IMG/VR virus record: IMGVR_UViG_3300022748_000008
Reading direction: 5' to 3' (one strand)
Length of the DNA stretch: 42,847 bases
Origin: a virus
The notes beneath the pieces were generated by a model that was given only the letters and a program-made list of their open reading frames with translations, had not been told where the DNA came from and made no database searches. Below, piece after piece: positions 13,144 to 21,444 of the stretch. The position numbers were made by a program, and so were the translations under genes. Numbering within the stretch: position 1 is the first letter of the stretch; each line of letters begins with the position of its first letter.

Positions 13144-14413
13144 ACCGCAGGCCCAATTCCTTCAACTGCCCCACAAGTTCCGCGCCTATGTAGGCGGGTT
13201 CGGCTCCGGCAAGACATGGGTGGGCAGCACTGCGATCTGCGAGCACTTGTGGGCACACCCGCGCATCAACCAAGGCTACTTCGCGCCGACTTATCCACAG
13301 ATTCGGGATATTTTTTACCCGACGATTGAGGAAGTCGCCGCAGGCATGGGCCTGCGCGTCAAGATCAACCAGTCGAACAAAGAGGTTCACTTCTTTGACG
13401 GCAACCGGTCGCGTGGCACGGTGATTTGCCGGTCGATGGACCATCCCGAGCAAATCGTGGGCTTCAAGATCGGCAATGCGCTGGTTGACGAGTTGGACGT
13501 GATGAAGCACGAGAAGGCGAAGCTTTCTTGGCGCAAGATCATTGCGCGTATGCGCTACAACGTGGACGGGCTGCGCAACGGCATCGACGTTGCAACGACT
13601 CCCGAGGGGTTCAAGTTCGTCTACGAGCAGTTTTATAAGCTGCCAAACGAAAAGCCCGACCTTCGCAAGATGTACGGCCTGATTCAGGCCAGCACCTACG
13701 AAAACGAGCGATTCCTTCCCGCTGACTACATTCCGTCGCTGCTGGCTTCATACCCGCCGCAACTGATTGACGCGTACCTCAACGGGGAATTCGTCAACCT
13801 GACAAGCGGCGCGGTTTACCCCGAGTTTTCACGGGCGCTGAACCACACCGACGCTGAGTTGCAACACGGCGAGCCTGTGCATGTGGGCGTTGACTTCAAC
13901 GTCTACAACTGCACGGCAATGGTCGGCGTGATTCGTGACAACAAGCCCGTGATCGTGGCTGAGTTGACCGGAATGCGTGACACGCCAGACATGGCGAAGA
14001 AGCTGGTTGACCGCTACAAGTCGCAAGGCCACCACGTCACGGTCTACCCCGATGCAAGCGGGCAAGGGCACAAGTCGGTTAACGCCGCTTTGTCTGACCT
14101 GCAAATCATGAAGGATGCCGGACTTACAATCTGCGCGAATAGCACCAACCCTGCTGTGAAAGACCGCGTGGCGGCGGTTAATGCCGCTGTCCTGAACGCC
14201 AAAGGTGTTCGCAGTCTGTTGGTGAACACGCGCAACTGTCCTGTTTTGACGGAGTGCTTAGAACAGCAGGTCTATGACCAAAACGGCGACCCTGACAAGA
14301 CCGCCGGTAAAGATCACGCGCCAGATGCGCTTGGGTATTTCGTGCATTTCCGCTGGCCTATCGTGAGGCCTGTCGCAACGCATGGCACACAAATCATTCA
14401 CATGGCTCGATAA
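13127..14413 (+). CDS. terL: Terminase large subunit
   Basis: It has Walker A GGFGSGKT and Walker B ALVDELD, a C-terminal nuclease-like region, and the expected size and position. Confidence 0.9.
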   Translation: MPTLTRPQAQFLQLPHKFRAYVGGFGSGKTWVGSTAICEHLWAHPRINQGYFAPTYPQIRDIFYPTIEEVAAGMGLRVKINQSNKEVHFFDGNRSRGTVICRSMDHPEQIVGFKIGNALVDELDVMKHEKAKLSWRKIIARMRYNVDGLRNGIDVATTPEGFKFVYEQFYKLPNEKPDLRKMYGLIQASTYENERFLPADYIPSLLASYPPQLIDAYLNGEFVNLTSGAVYPEFSRALNHTDAELQHGEPVHVGVDFNVYNCTAMVGVIRDNKPVIVAELTGMRDTPDMAKKLVDRYKSQGHHVTVYPDASGQGHKSVNAALSDLQIMKDAGLTICANSTNPAVKDRVAAVNAAVLNAKGVRSLLVNTRNCPVLTECLEQQVYDQNGDPDKTAGKDHAPDALGYFVHFRWPIVRPVATHGTQIIHMAR

Positions 14414-15853
14414 ATGTTTAAGACGCTGCAAACCACCTTTCCGAAGGATAAAGACCTGCCGGAGCGCACGTACCGGCTGTCAATCCTGACGCGGGTATTG
14501 CGCGGCGAGATTTACGACAACCTGCCGTATGCATTTCACGACGAAAAAAGTCCGGCAGGCGAATACATCCCGCTTCGCGAGCGCCGCCCGTCCGTACGCT
14601 ACGGCCTGTGCAAGCTCGTGGTGGATGACTCCGTGTCTCTTCTGTTCTCAGAAGGCCATTTCCCAGACGTTGACGCCGACGAAAAAGTGCGTGAAGCGCT
14701 GCAACGGCTGATCAAAGAAACCAAGCTCAACGAGTTGATGGTGGACGCCGCCACGCGCGGTAGCGTTGGCTCAGTGGCTATTCTGTTCCGTGTGCTCGAT
14801 GGGCGCGTGTTCTTCGATGCGATGGACACCGCGTACCTGACGCCCACATGGAAGGACAAGGCCCCCGACACGCTAGAGAGCGTGACCGAGCAATACAAGG
14901 TCAAGGGTTCCACCCTGAAAGCCTTGGGCTATGCGGTGGACAACGACAACACCGAGTATTGGTTTCGCCGCGTCTGGGATGAGAACTCGGAAACGTGGTT
15001 CTTGCCTTGGAAGGTCAACGACGAGCAGGCTGTGCCAGCCATTGATACGCCGCGCACCGTCAACCACGCGCTCGGTTTCGTACCCGTTGTGTGGGTCAAG
15101 AACCTGCCAGGTGGCGACGCTATCGACGGCGCTTGCACGTTCCCCAACGAGGCGGTTGATACCAGCATCGAGATTGACTATCAGCTTTCGCAAGCCGGTC
15201 GCGGTCTGAAATACTCGGCTGACCCCACGCTGTTGATCAAAGAACCCGCGTTCTCTGACGGCACCATGGTGCGCTCTGCCTCCAACGCCATCAAGGTAAG
15301 TGCCGAGGGTGACGCCAAGTTGCTCGAAATCAACGGCACCGCAATCGAAGCGGTCATGGAATACGTGACCAAGCTGCGCGAGTTGGCTTTGGAAACCATG
15401 CATGGCAACCGCGCCAACGCTGACAAGATCAGCGCGGCGCAATCCGGTCGCGCGATGGAGTTGATGAACCAGTCACTCGTGTGGCTCGCGGACAAGCTGC
15501 GCATCAGCTACGGCGAAGGCGCGTTGCGTCAACTGCTGATGATGGTCATCAAGGCCTCGGACAAGTTGCCCTTGACCTACAAGGACGGAACCAAGGTCGG
15601 CAAATTTGAATCGAGCACGCAAATCGCCTTGCGCTGGCCTGCTTGGTACCAACCCACGGCATCAGATAAGCAACAGACAGCGACTACACTGCGCATCTTG
15701 ATCGATGCCGGTGTCATCAGTCGTCAGACGGCTTTGAAGGTGATCGCCGCCGACTACGACATTGAAGATGTTGAGGCCGAGGCTGCGTTGGCTGCTGCCG
15801 AACTGGTGGCGCGTGAAGCCGACGCGCAGAAGAAGATCAACATTCAGGAGTAA
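14414..15853 (+). CDS. Portal protein
   Basis: A 479-aa ORF lies directly after terL and before the scaffold and capsid genes. The call is positional and size-based. Confidence 0.7.
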   Translation: MFKTLQTTFPKDKDLPERTYRLSILTRVLRGEIYDNLPYAFHDEKSPAGEYIPLRERRPSVRYGLCKLVVDDSVSLLFSEGHFPDVDADEKVREALQRLIKETKLNELMVDAATRGSVGSVAILFRVLDGRVFFDAMDTAYLTPTWKDKAPDTLESVTEQYKVKGSTLKALGYAVDNDNTEYWFRRVWDENSETWFLPWKVNDEQAVPAIDTPRTVNHALGFVPVVWVKNLPGGDAIDGACTFPNEAVDTSIEIDYQLSQAGRGLKYSADPTLLIKEPAFSDGTMVRSASNAIKVSAEGDAKLLEINGTAIEAVMEYVTKLRELALETMHGNRANADKISAAQSGRAMELMNQSLVWLADKLRISYGEGALRQLLMMVIKASDKLPLTYKDGTKVGKFESSTQIALRWPAWYQPTASDKQQTATTLRILIDAGVISRQTALKVIAADYDIEDVEAEAALAAAELVAREADAQKKINIQE

Positions 15854-15856
15854 TTG

Positions 15857-16366
15857 ATGAAAAAGCTGTTTTTCTTACTGGCCTTCTGTCAGTCGGTTTT
15901 TGCTGCGTCGTTCAGTGTCGATGCCAGTGGCTGCGATGTGCATTTTTCCCCAAAAGGCGGCGCTACTGAGGCTGTGGTGCAGATTGTGGACGGCACTAAG
16001 TCAAGCGTCCACGTTTTGGCCTATGGCTTCACCAGTCAGCCGATTACCGATGCACTGATTCGCGCACATGCTCGCGGTGCCGAAGTGCTGGTGGTTCTTG
16101 ACCGCAGCAATAAAACAGCACCATCGAGCAAGATGCCAGACCTGATTAAGGCAGGCATTCCAGTATGGATTGATGCAACCCATGCCATTGCACACAACAA
16201 AGTGATGATTGTGGATGGTGCATTGATTGAGAACGGCTCGTTCAATTACACAAATTCTGCTGAAAATAGCAACGGCGAAAACGCGCTTGTTTGCCACAGC
16301 ACACAAGGTGCCGCGATTTACGAAGCTGATTTTCAAAGGCACAAATCGCATAGCGTAAAACAATGA
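15857..16366 (+). CDS. nuc: Secreted PLD-superfamily endonuclease (Nuc family) with Sec signal peptide
   Basis: The signal peptide is MKKLFFLLAFCQSVFAAS. The HKD motif AHNKVMIVD is followed by GSFNYTNSAENSNGENALV, collinear with pKM101 Nuc (HDKVIIVD...GSFNFTKAAETKNSENAVV). An AGGAG SD is present, and G+C is about 44% by hand count over 16141-16260. Confidence 0.9.
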   Translation: MKKLFFLLAFCQSVFAASFSVDASGCDVHFSPKGGATEAVVQIVDGTKSSVHVLAYGFTSQPITDALIRAHARGAEVLVVLDRSNKTAPSSKMPDLIKAGIPVWIDATHAIAHNKVMIVDGALIENGSFNYTNSAENSNGENALVCHSTQGAAIYEADFQRHKSHSVKQ

Positions 16367-16398
16367 TTTCCCCCCGGCTTGATGCCGGAACACAACCG

Positions 16399-16421
16399 AC
16401 AGGCTTGATGCCTGTTTTTTT
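16399..16421 (+). terminator. Rho-independent terminator after nuc
   Basis: The stem ACAGGC / GCCTGT has loop TTGAT and is followed by seven T. A sister hairpin CCGGC-TTGAT-GCCGG lies at 16374-16388. Confidence 0.7.
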
Positions 16422-16436
16422 CCATGAGAGGGCCAG

Positions 16437-17009
16437 ATGCCTAGATTTCTAAAAATGTTCCCCCTGCAAAACGCGAACGATGACGGTTCCGGTGGTGGCG
16501 GCGGTGGTGGTGGTAATCCACCCCCCAAGCCCCCCGAGCCAGAAGTGTTTTCGCGTGAATACGTGAAGGAATTGCGCCACGAGTCGGCGAACTACCGCAC
16601 CAAAGCGCAGGAGGCCGAGCGCAAGGCTCAGGAAGCCGAAGACCGCGCGAAGAAAGCCGCCGAAGAATCCGAATCCAAAGTCAAGGAAGCGACCACAGCA
16701 GCAGAGGCACGAATCATTCGCGCCGAACTGAAAGCCGCCGCCTTGAAAGCGGGCATGGTTGACTTGGACGGCTTAAAACTAGCCGATTTGTCCAACGTGA
16801 AGTTGAACGAAGCCGGTGAAGTCGAAGGCGCTGACGCTCTCATGGAAGAATTGAAAAAGGCCAAGCCTTACCTTTTTGGTACGGCTAACACAAGCCACTC
16901 TGGTAGTACACCGCCGAAAGACCCTCCATCGACCAAGAAGGCGACGGAAATGTCTAAGGAAGAGTACGCCAAAGCGAAAGCCGAAGCCTTAAAAAAGGCT
17001 GGTCGCTAA
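16437..17009 (+). CDS. Scaffolding protein
   Basis: FSREYVKELRHESANYRTKAQEAERKAQEAEDRAKK is followed by a charged helical protein, lying between portal and capsid. It contains a Gly8 run. Confidence 0.7.
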   Translation: MPRFLKMFPLQNANDDGSGGGGGGGGNPPPKPPEPEVFSREYVKELRHESANYRTKAQEAERKAQEAEDRAKKAAEESESKVKEATTAAEARIIRAELKAAALKAGMVDLDGLKLADLSNVKLNEAGEVEGADALMEELKKAKPYLFGTANTSHSGSTPPKDPPSTKKATEMSKEEYAKAKAEALKKAGR

Positions 17010-17086
17010 ACACAACCGTAAACCATCGGGAGCAGGCCTCCACGGGTAAGTGAAAATCGAATCTTTATTTTTTGGAGGTATCCCAA

Positions 17087-18394
17087 ATGGGTATTCAAGC
17101 TTTTCCGGCCTCGTTGCAGGCCATCATCCAACAGAACTTCTTGGAGCGCGAGTTTCAAGAGGGCATCCAGTCGCGTTTGGGCTTCCGCGCCATCGCTGAC
17201 CGCGAAGTGTTCCCCGCTGCAATCGGTGAAACGCTGACCAAGACCCGCCGTGGCTTGAAGGCTCCCGTCACTACGCCGCTGAACCCTTCGACCAACACCA
17301 ACCTAGACAACGGCATGACCCCCTCGGGTTGGACTGTTGAACAGTACACGCTGGCGGTCAATATGTACGGCGACACCATCGACCTGAACATGGTGACTTC
17401 GCGTGTGGGTATTGCATCGCAATTCCTGCAAAACGCCAAAGTCAATGGTGTCCAATCTATCCAGTCGCTGGACCGCTTGGCCCGCAATGCGCTCTACGGT
17501 GCTTATTTGGGTGGTAACACTCGCGTGACGGCCACCTTGGGCGCACCTGCAACGACTATCGCTGTTGATGACATTCGCGGCTTCCAATACGTCACCAGCA
17601 ACGGCGTGATGGTTCCTGTGTCGGTTTCCAACACAATGACCTTGGTCGTTGGCGCTGGCACCTACACGTTGACTGGAGCAACCGCTGATGGCACCAACGT
17701 GTCAACCGCACCAAACGGCGTGTCCGGCACATTGACCTTCTCAGCCAACGTGTCTGTGGCAAACGGCACAACCGGCAACGCTGTGGTGGCTTCCGTAGCT
17801 CCTTACGTCATTCGTCCGAATGCACGCGCGACTACTGCAGCCTTGCAGTCCACCGATACGCTGACCATGCAAGACGTTTTGTCTGCTGTTGCAACGCTTC
17901 GCAGCAACAACGTGCCTGACGTGAACGGTGCATACAACTGCTACTTGGACGACCGCCAGTTGCTCGGATTGTTCAAAGATGGCGACTTCAAGTTGCTGTA
18001 TCGCGGCGCTTACGGCTCCGAAGAATACAAGCAAGGTCAAGTCTTTGAATTGCTCGGCGCACGCTTCATCACTACGACCGAAGCGCCTCAGCAGACATTG
18101 AGTGGCGTTGCCGTTCACCGCGCCGTGGTGTGCGGTCAGGGTGCCATCGTTGAAGGCAACTATGCTGAGACTGGCTACGAGGATGTGGACAATCCCGACA
18201 GCTTGAAGGTGATGGTCGATGACATTTGCATGGTCACTCGTGAACCGCTTGACCGCTTGCAACAAATCATCGCTCAGTCTTGGTACTGGATTGGTGGCTA
18301 CGCAGTGCCAACCGATATCACTGCCAACACCAGCATCATCCCGACCGCAAGCAACGCTTACTTCAAGCGTGGCGTGGTGATCGAATCGGCATAA
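17087..18394 (+). CDS. Major capsid protein
   Basis: A 435-aa ORF follows the scaffold gene, with a GGAGG SD and a strong hairpin directly downstream. The call is positional. Confidence 0.7.
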   Translation: MGIQAFPASLQAIIQQNFLEREFQEGIQSRLGFRAIADREVFPAAIGETLTKTRRGLKAPVTTPLNPSTNTNLDNGMTPSGWTVEQYTLAVNMYGDTIDLNMVTSRVGIASQFLQNAKVNGVQSIQSLDRLARNALYGAYLGGNTRVTATLGAPATTIAVDDIRGFQYVTSNGVMVPVSVSNTMTLVVGAGTYTLTGATADGTNVSTAPNGVSGTLTFSANVSVANGTTGNAVVASVAPYVIRPNARATTAALQSTDTLTMQDVLSAVATLRSNNVPDVNGAYNCYLDDRQLLGLFKDGDFKLLYRGAYGSEEYKQGQVFELLGARFITTTEAPQQTLSGVAVHRAVVCGQGAIVEGNYAETGYEDVDNPDSLKVMVDDICMVTREPLDRLQQIIAQSWYWIGGYAVPTDITANTSIIPTASNAYFKRGVVIESA

Positions 18395-18419
18395 GCCGGT
18401 TTGGTGTTGTAACCAACAA

Positions 18420-18445
18420 GGGGCCGCTTTCGGGCGGCTCCTTTT
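18420..18445 (+). terminator. Hairpin/attenuator after the capsid gene
   Basis: The stem GGGGCCGC / GCGGCTCC (one G-U pair) has a 6-nt loop and is followed by TTTTCATTT. Confidence 0.5.
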
Positions 18446-18463
18446 CATTTCCTTGGAGTAAAC

Positions 18464-18769
18464 ATGGCAGACGAAAACACACAAAACCCAGAATTGACAG
18501 CCGAAGAAAAGGCCGCAGCGAAAGCCGCTGAAAAAGAGGCCGCGAAAGCTGCGAAAGAGGCTGAAAAGGCCGCAGCGAAAGCCGCCAAAGATGCCGACAA
18601 GGTTGAATTGCCAGAATCTGTGACGCTCGCCCGTCCCTACGGCTACATCAACGAAGAAGAAGGCACCAGCCACGCTTGGGCCGCTGAACAAGTCGTGAAA
18701 GACCCCGAGCAAATCGCAGACCTGATGGCTCGCAAAGCCCCTCTCGTTGGCGTTACCTACGACGAGTAA
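18464..18769 (+). CDS. Hypothetical head-associated protein (101 aa), AEKAAAK-repeat N-terminus
   Basis: The ORF has an SD (GGAG) and a low-complexity Ala/Lys/Glu region. Confidence 0.6.
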   Translation: MADENTQNPELTAEEKAAAKAAEKEAAKAAKEAEKAAAKAAKDADKVELPESVTLARPYGYINEEEGTSHAWAAEQVVKDPEQIADLMARKAPLVGVTYDE

Positions 18770-18772
18770 AGC

Positions 18773-19360
18773 ATGAAGCAGTACCGATTTATTGCAGCCT
18801 TCGCGCTGCTCATGGCCTGCGTCGGCGCATTCGCTGCACCGATGCAAGTGAACACCGAAGGCGTGCGGGCAACGTACAGCTATGTCGCTGCCGATTACGC
18901 ACCGGCTGCTGGCGCTACCGATGTGGTTGTCTTGACCGGCTCATCGAGCAAGGTCATTCGCATCAATCGGATTCAGATCACCGCCGATTCGACCGCGCCT
19001 AGCGTGATCGACTTGTATGTGTTCAAACGCTCTGCTGCGAACACAGGCGGCACGTCGACCAATCCCTATGCTGTCAAGCATGACAGCGCGAATACAACCG
19101 CCTCTGGCGTTGTCACGCTGTATTCGGCAAACCCGAGCGCATTGGGCGCGGGCTGGCTGATTCGCGCCGATCACTACGCGCTACCGGCTGCGTCATCGAC
19201 CGGCTACCCCGGCGCACCGTGGTTTGAGGACTTCGGCGTGCGAAATGATCAGCCCATCATTCTGCGCAATGCCAACGAGAGCATTGCAATTAGCTTGAAC
19301 GGGCAGACCCTGCCAGCAGGGTTGAATCTCTACATCACGATTAGTTGGACTGAGGAATAA
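18773..19360 (+). CDS. Hypothetical protein with predicted Sec signal peptide (195 aa)
   Basis: The N-terminus MKQYRFIAAFALLMACVGAFAAP has a positive n-region, a hydrophobic core and an AFA-A cleavage-like site. The remainder looks beta-rich. Confidence 0.6.
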   Translation: MKQYRFIAAFALLMACVGAFAAPMQVNTEGVRATYSYVAADYAPAAGATDVVVLTGSSSKVIRINRIQITADSTAPSVIDLYVFKRSAANTGGTSTNPYAVKHDSANTTASGVVTLYSANPSALGAGWLIRADHYALPAASSTGYPGAPWFEDFGVRNDQPIILRNANESIAISLNGQTLPAGLNLYITISWTEE

Positions 19361-19363
19361 GTC

Positions 19364-19747
19364 ATGGCGCTGACCGCACAAGAAAAAACGGACGTTCGCC
19401 GCTACTGCGGATTTCCGCTGTTCGGCGGTCAGCCCGTGCAAGCTTTCGGACACCGCTTTTACCAGTGGTACGGCACGCTTGAATTCCGCATGAACAACAT
19501 GCAGGACAGCGAAGAAACCGTGGTGCGAAGCTACCTCACCAACCTGAGTGCATTGGAAGCCGCGGTGCCCACGGCGAGCGCAAACCTCGACACCGACCAA
19601 GCGGCGGTGTGGACGCACAACAAACGCGAAGTCGCCGACCGCATGGCCTTGTACGCCACTTGGCGTATTGAGTTGTGTCGGTTCTTCGGTGTGCCACCCG
19701 GCCCCGGATTGCGTGGCGCAGGCCCGAACATGGAATTGGTGGTGTAA
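19364..19747 (+). CDS. Hypothetical virion/head-tail protein (127 aa)
   Basis: It is a tightly packed ORF in the late operon. Confidence 0.6.
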   Translation: MALTAQEKTDVRRYCGFPLFGGQPVQAFGHRFYQWYGTLEFRMNNMQDSEETVVRSYLTNLSALEAAVPTASANLDTDQAAVWTHNKREVADRMALYATWRIELCRFFGVPPGPGLRGAGPNMELVV

Positions 19748-20395
19748 ATGGATGCAGCAACCCTTCAAAGCCGCATTTATGCAGGCTACGCGAAGGCGGC
19801 GCTACGCATTGGCTACACCAGCGACTTGTACCGCGCCACGAGCGCGAGCAACCCAATGGCCTCGGGCAACAAGCTGGCAAGCCTACCGGCGAGCTTCAAC
19901 GCCGAGGACATGAAATACGGTAAGCCGAACAAGTACGGGCATCCGACTTGGTGGGGCTTGTTCGATGGGCGTGTGACCAAGGTGGGCGACTACCTCAGCA
20001 ACGCGCACGATGGCACGTTCTTCATCGCCTCGCAGCAAACCAATCTGCCGATGATTTGCGTGTCGTGCAACGTCACGGTTGACGTGAAGCGCCCGCAACA
20101 GCAGGCCAGCGTTGGCGCGTTGGGCTACGGCGGCAACACGCTTGCGGTTGAAACCCCGCTAATGACCCAATGGCCTTGCTCGATTTTGCAAGGCTCCAAA
20201 GGCGAAAAGGCCGACATGGTGTTGCCCGGTGACACGCGCACGCCATGGTGGACGATTCTGCTGCCCAAGTACGATGGCGTCATGCTGCGCACGGGCGATA
20301 TCGTCACCGACAACAACGCTCGGCGCTTTGTGATCAGCAGCGCCGAACTAACAGATTTGGGTTGGCGCATGACCGCCAGCCAAGCAACGACTTAA
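19748..20395 (+). CDS. Hypothetical virion/head-tail protein (215 aa)
   Basis: The start abuts the previous stop (TAAATG). Confidence 0.6.
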   Translation: MDAATLQSRIYAGYAKAALRIGYTSDLYRATSASNPMASGNKLASLPASFNAEDMKYGKPNKYGHPTWWGLFDGRVTKVGDYLSNAHDGTFFIASQQTNLPMICVSCNVTVDVKRPQQQASVGALGYGGNTLAVETPLMTQWPCSILQGSKGEKADMVLPGDTRTPWWTILLPKYDGVMLRTGDIVTDNNARRFVISSAELTDLGWRMTASQATT

Positions 20396-20403
20396 GGGTA
20401 AAC

Positions 20404-21261
20404 ATGGCTGATCTCATCGACGTGCAAAACGCACTCGTTGCGCTTGCCGCGCAGGTCATGTACCCAAACGGCACATCGCAGCCCTCAGCGGCGGGTATGC
20501 CGGTCAAGATTTACGCCGGTTGGCCCCAAGCCAATCAGCTTGACGCCGATTTGGTGGCGGGCACCTGTCATCTGACGGTGTTTCCGACCCAGATTGAGCG
20601 CAATACCACACGCTACTCGAAAGACTGGCAACCGCTGGACGTTCATCCCGCAACGCTGACGCTCACTGTGTCGGGTCAGACCATCACGGTAGGCGGCGCA
20701 ATTCCGGCTCCGTTCTACCCACAGAACGTGGCGGCGACTGTGAATAACCTGAGCTTTGCCTACGCCACACAGTCCACGGACACGCTGACCAGCATTGCAA
20801 CCGCTTTGGCGGCTTTGATCGCAGTCGGTGTGCCCGGTACCACCAGCAATGGCGCGGTCATCACACTGCCCACAGGTGCAAAAATCAGCGCGGCCCGCGT
20901 GGGTTCGACCGGTACCAGCATCCGTGAGCTGCGCCGCCAAGAGCGCGTTTTCATGTTGAGTGCTTGGTGCAATACCCCTGACCATCGGGACGCTGTGTGC
21001 CGTGCGCTTGACGCGGCGTTGGCTGACACCCTGCGGTTGATCATGCCCGACCAGATGGCGGCGCGGATTATTTACCGCAACAGCCCCGTGTGGGACGCCA
21101 ACCAAAAGACGCTGCTTTACCGCCGCGACATGAACTACTCGGTGGAGTTTGCGACGACGCAGACCCGTACCGATTCGCAGATCACCGACATTCAGGTGAA
21201 CGTCGCCAACCAGCCGGACGGCGCAACGGCTCCAATTTCCAACATCACGATCAACTTATGA
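20404..21261 (+). CDS. Hypothetical virion protein (285 aa)
   Basis: The start was moved to ATG at 20404 (MADLIDVQNAL). The track extension overlaps the upstream gene. Confidence 0.6.
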   Translation: MADLIDVQNALVALAAQVMYPNGTSQPSAAGMPVKIYAGWPQANQLDADLVAGTCHLTVFPTQIERNTTRYSKDWQPLDVHPATLTLTVSGQTITVGGAIPAPFYPQNVAATVNNLSFAYATQSTDTLTSIATALAALIAVGVPGTTSNGAVITLPTGAKISAARVGSTGTSIRELRRQERVFMLSAWCNTPDHRDAVCRALDAALADTLRLIMPDQMAARIIYRNSPVWDANQKTLLYRRDMNYSVEFATTQTRTDSQITDIQVNVANQPDGATAPISNITINL

Positions 21262-21270
21262 GGCTCAAAA

Positions 21271-21435
21271 ATGGCAATTAAACTCGTTGTCACCGCCCCC
21301 TTTGCCGATTACAAGGCGGGCGATGAAATTACCGATTCAAAGGCAGTGCAGGACGTTCTCGACAGCGAGAACGCAGGCAATGCCGTCAAAGTGCAAGCGC
21401 CTGATGCGCAAGCATCCACCAAAGCAACCAAGTAA
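21271..21435 (+). CDS. Small ORF upstream of sheath (54 aa), below the track cutoff
   Basis: Hand translation gives MAIKLVVTAPFADYKAGDEITDSKAVQDVLDSENAGNAVKVQAPDAQASTKATK. It fills the gap between genes. Confidence 0.5.
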   Translation: MAIKLVVTAPFADYKAGDEITDSKAVQDVLDSENAGNAVKVQAPDAQASTKATK

Positions 21436-21444
21436 GGAGGCGCT

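Noticed and set aside
16486-16515. GGT/GGC run encoding Gly8 in the scaffold gene as a possible slippage or phase-variation tract
   Set aside because: The run is a mix of GGT and GGC codons (ggtggtggcggcggtggtggtggt), not a homopolymer. It is most simply a flexible linker.
17741-18847. 368-aa minus-strand ORF antisense to the capsid gene. Similar long antisense ORFs occur at 21874..23091, 24899..25789, 25790..26614 and 26657..27403.
   Set aside because: Stop-poor antisense frames are expected in GC-rich coding DNA. All are fully covered by recognisable structural genes on the plus strand, and their products are Arg/Gly/His-rich low-complexity.
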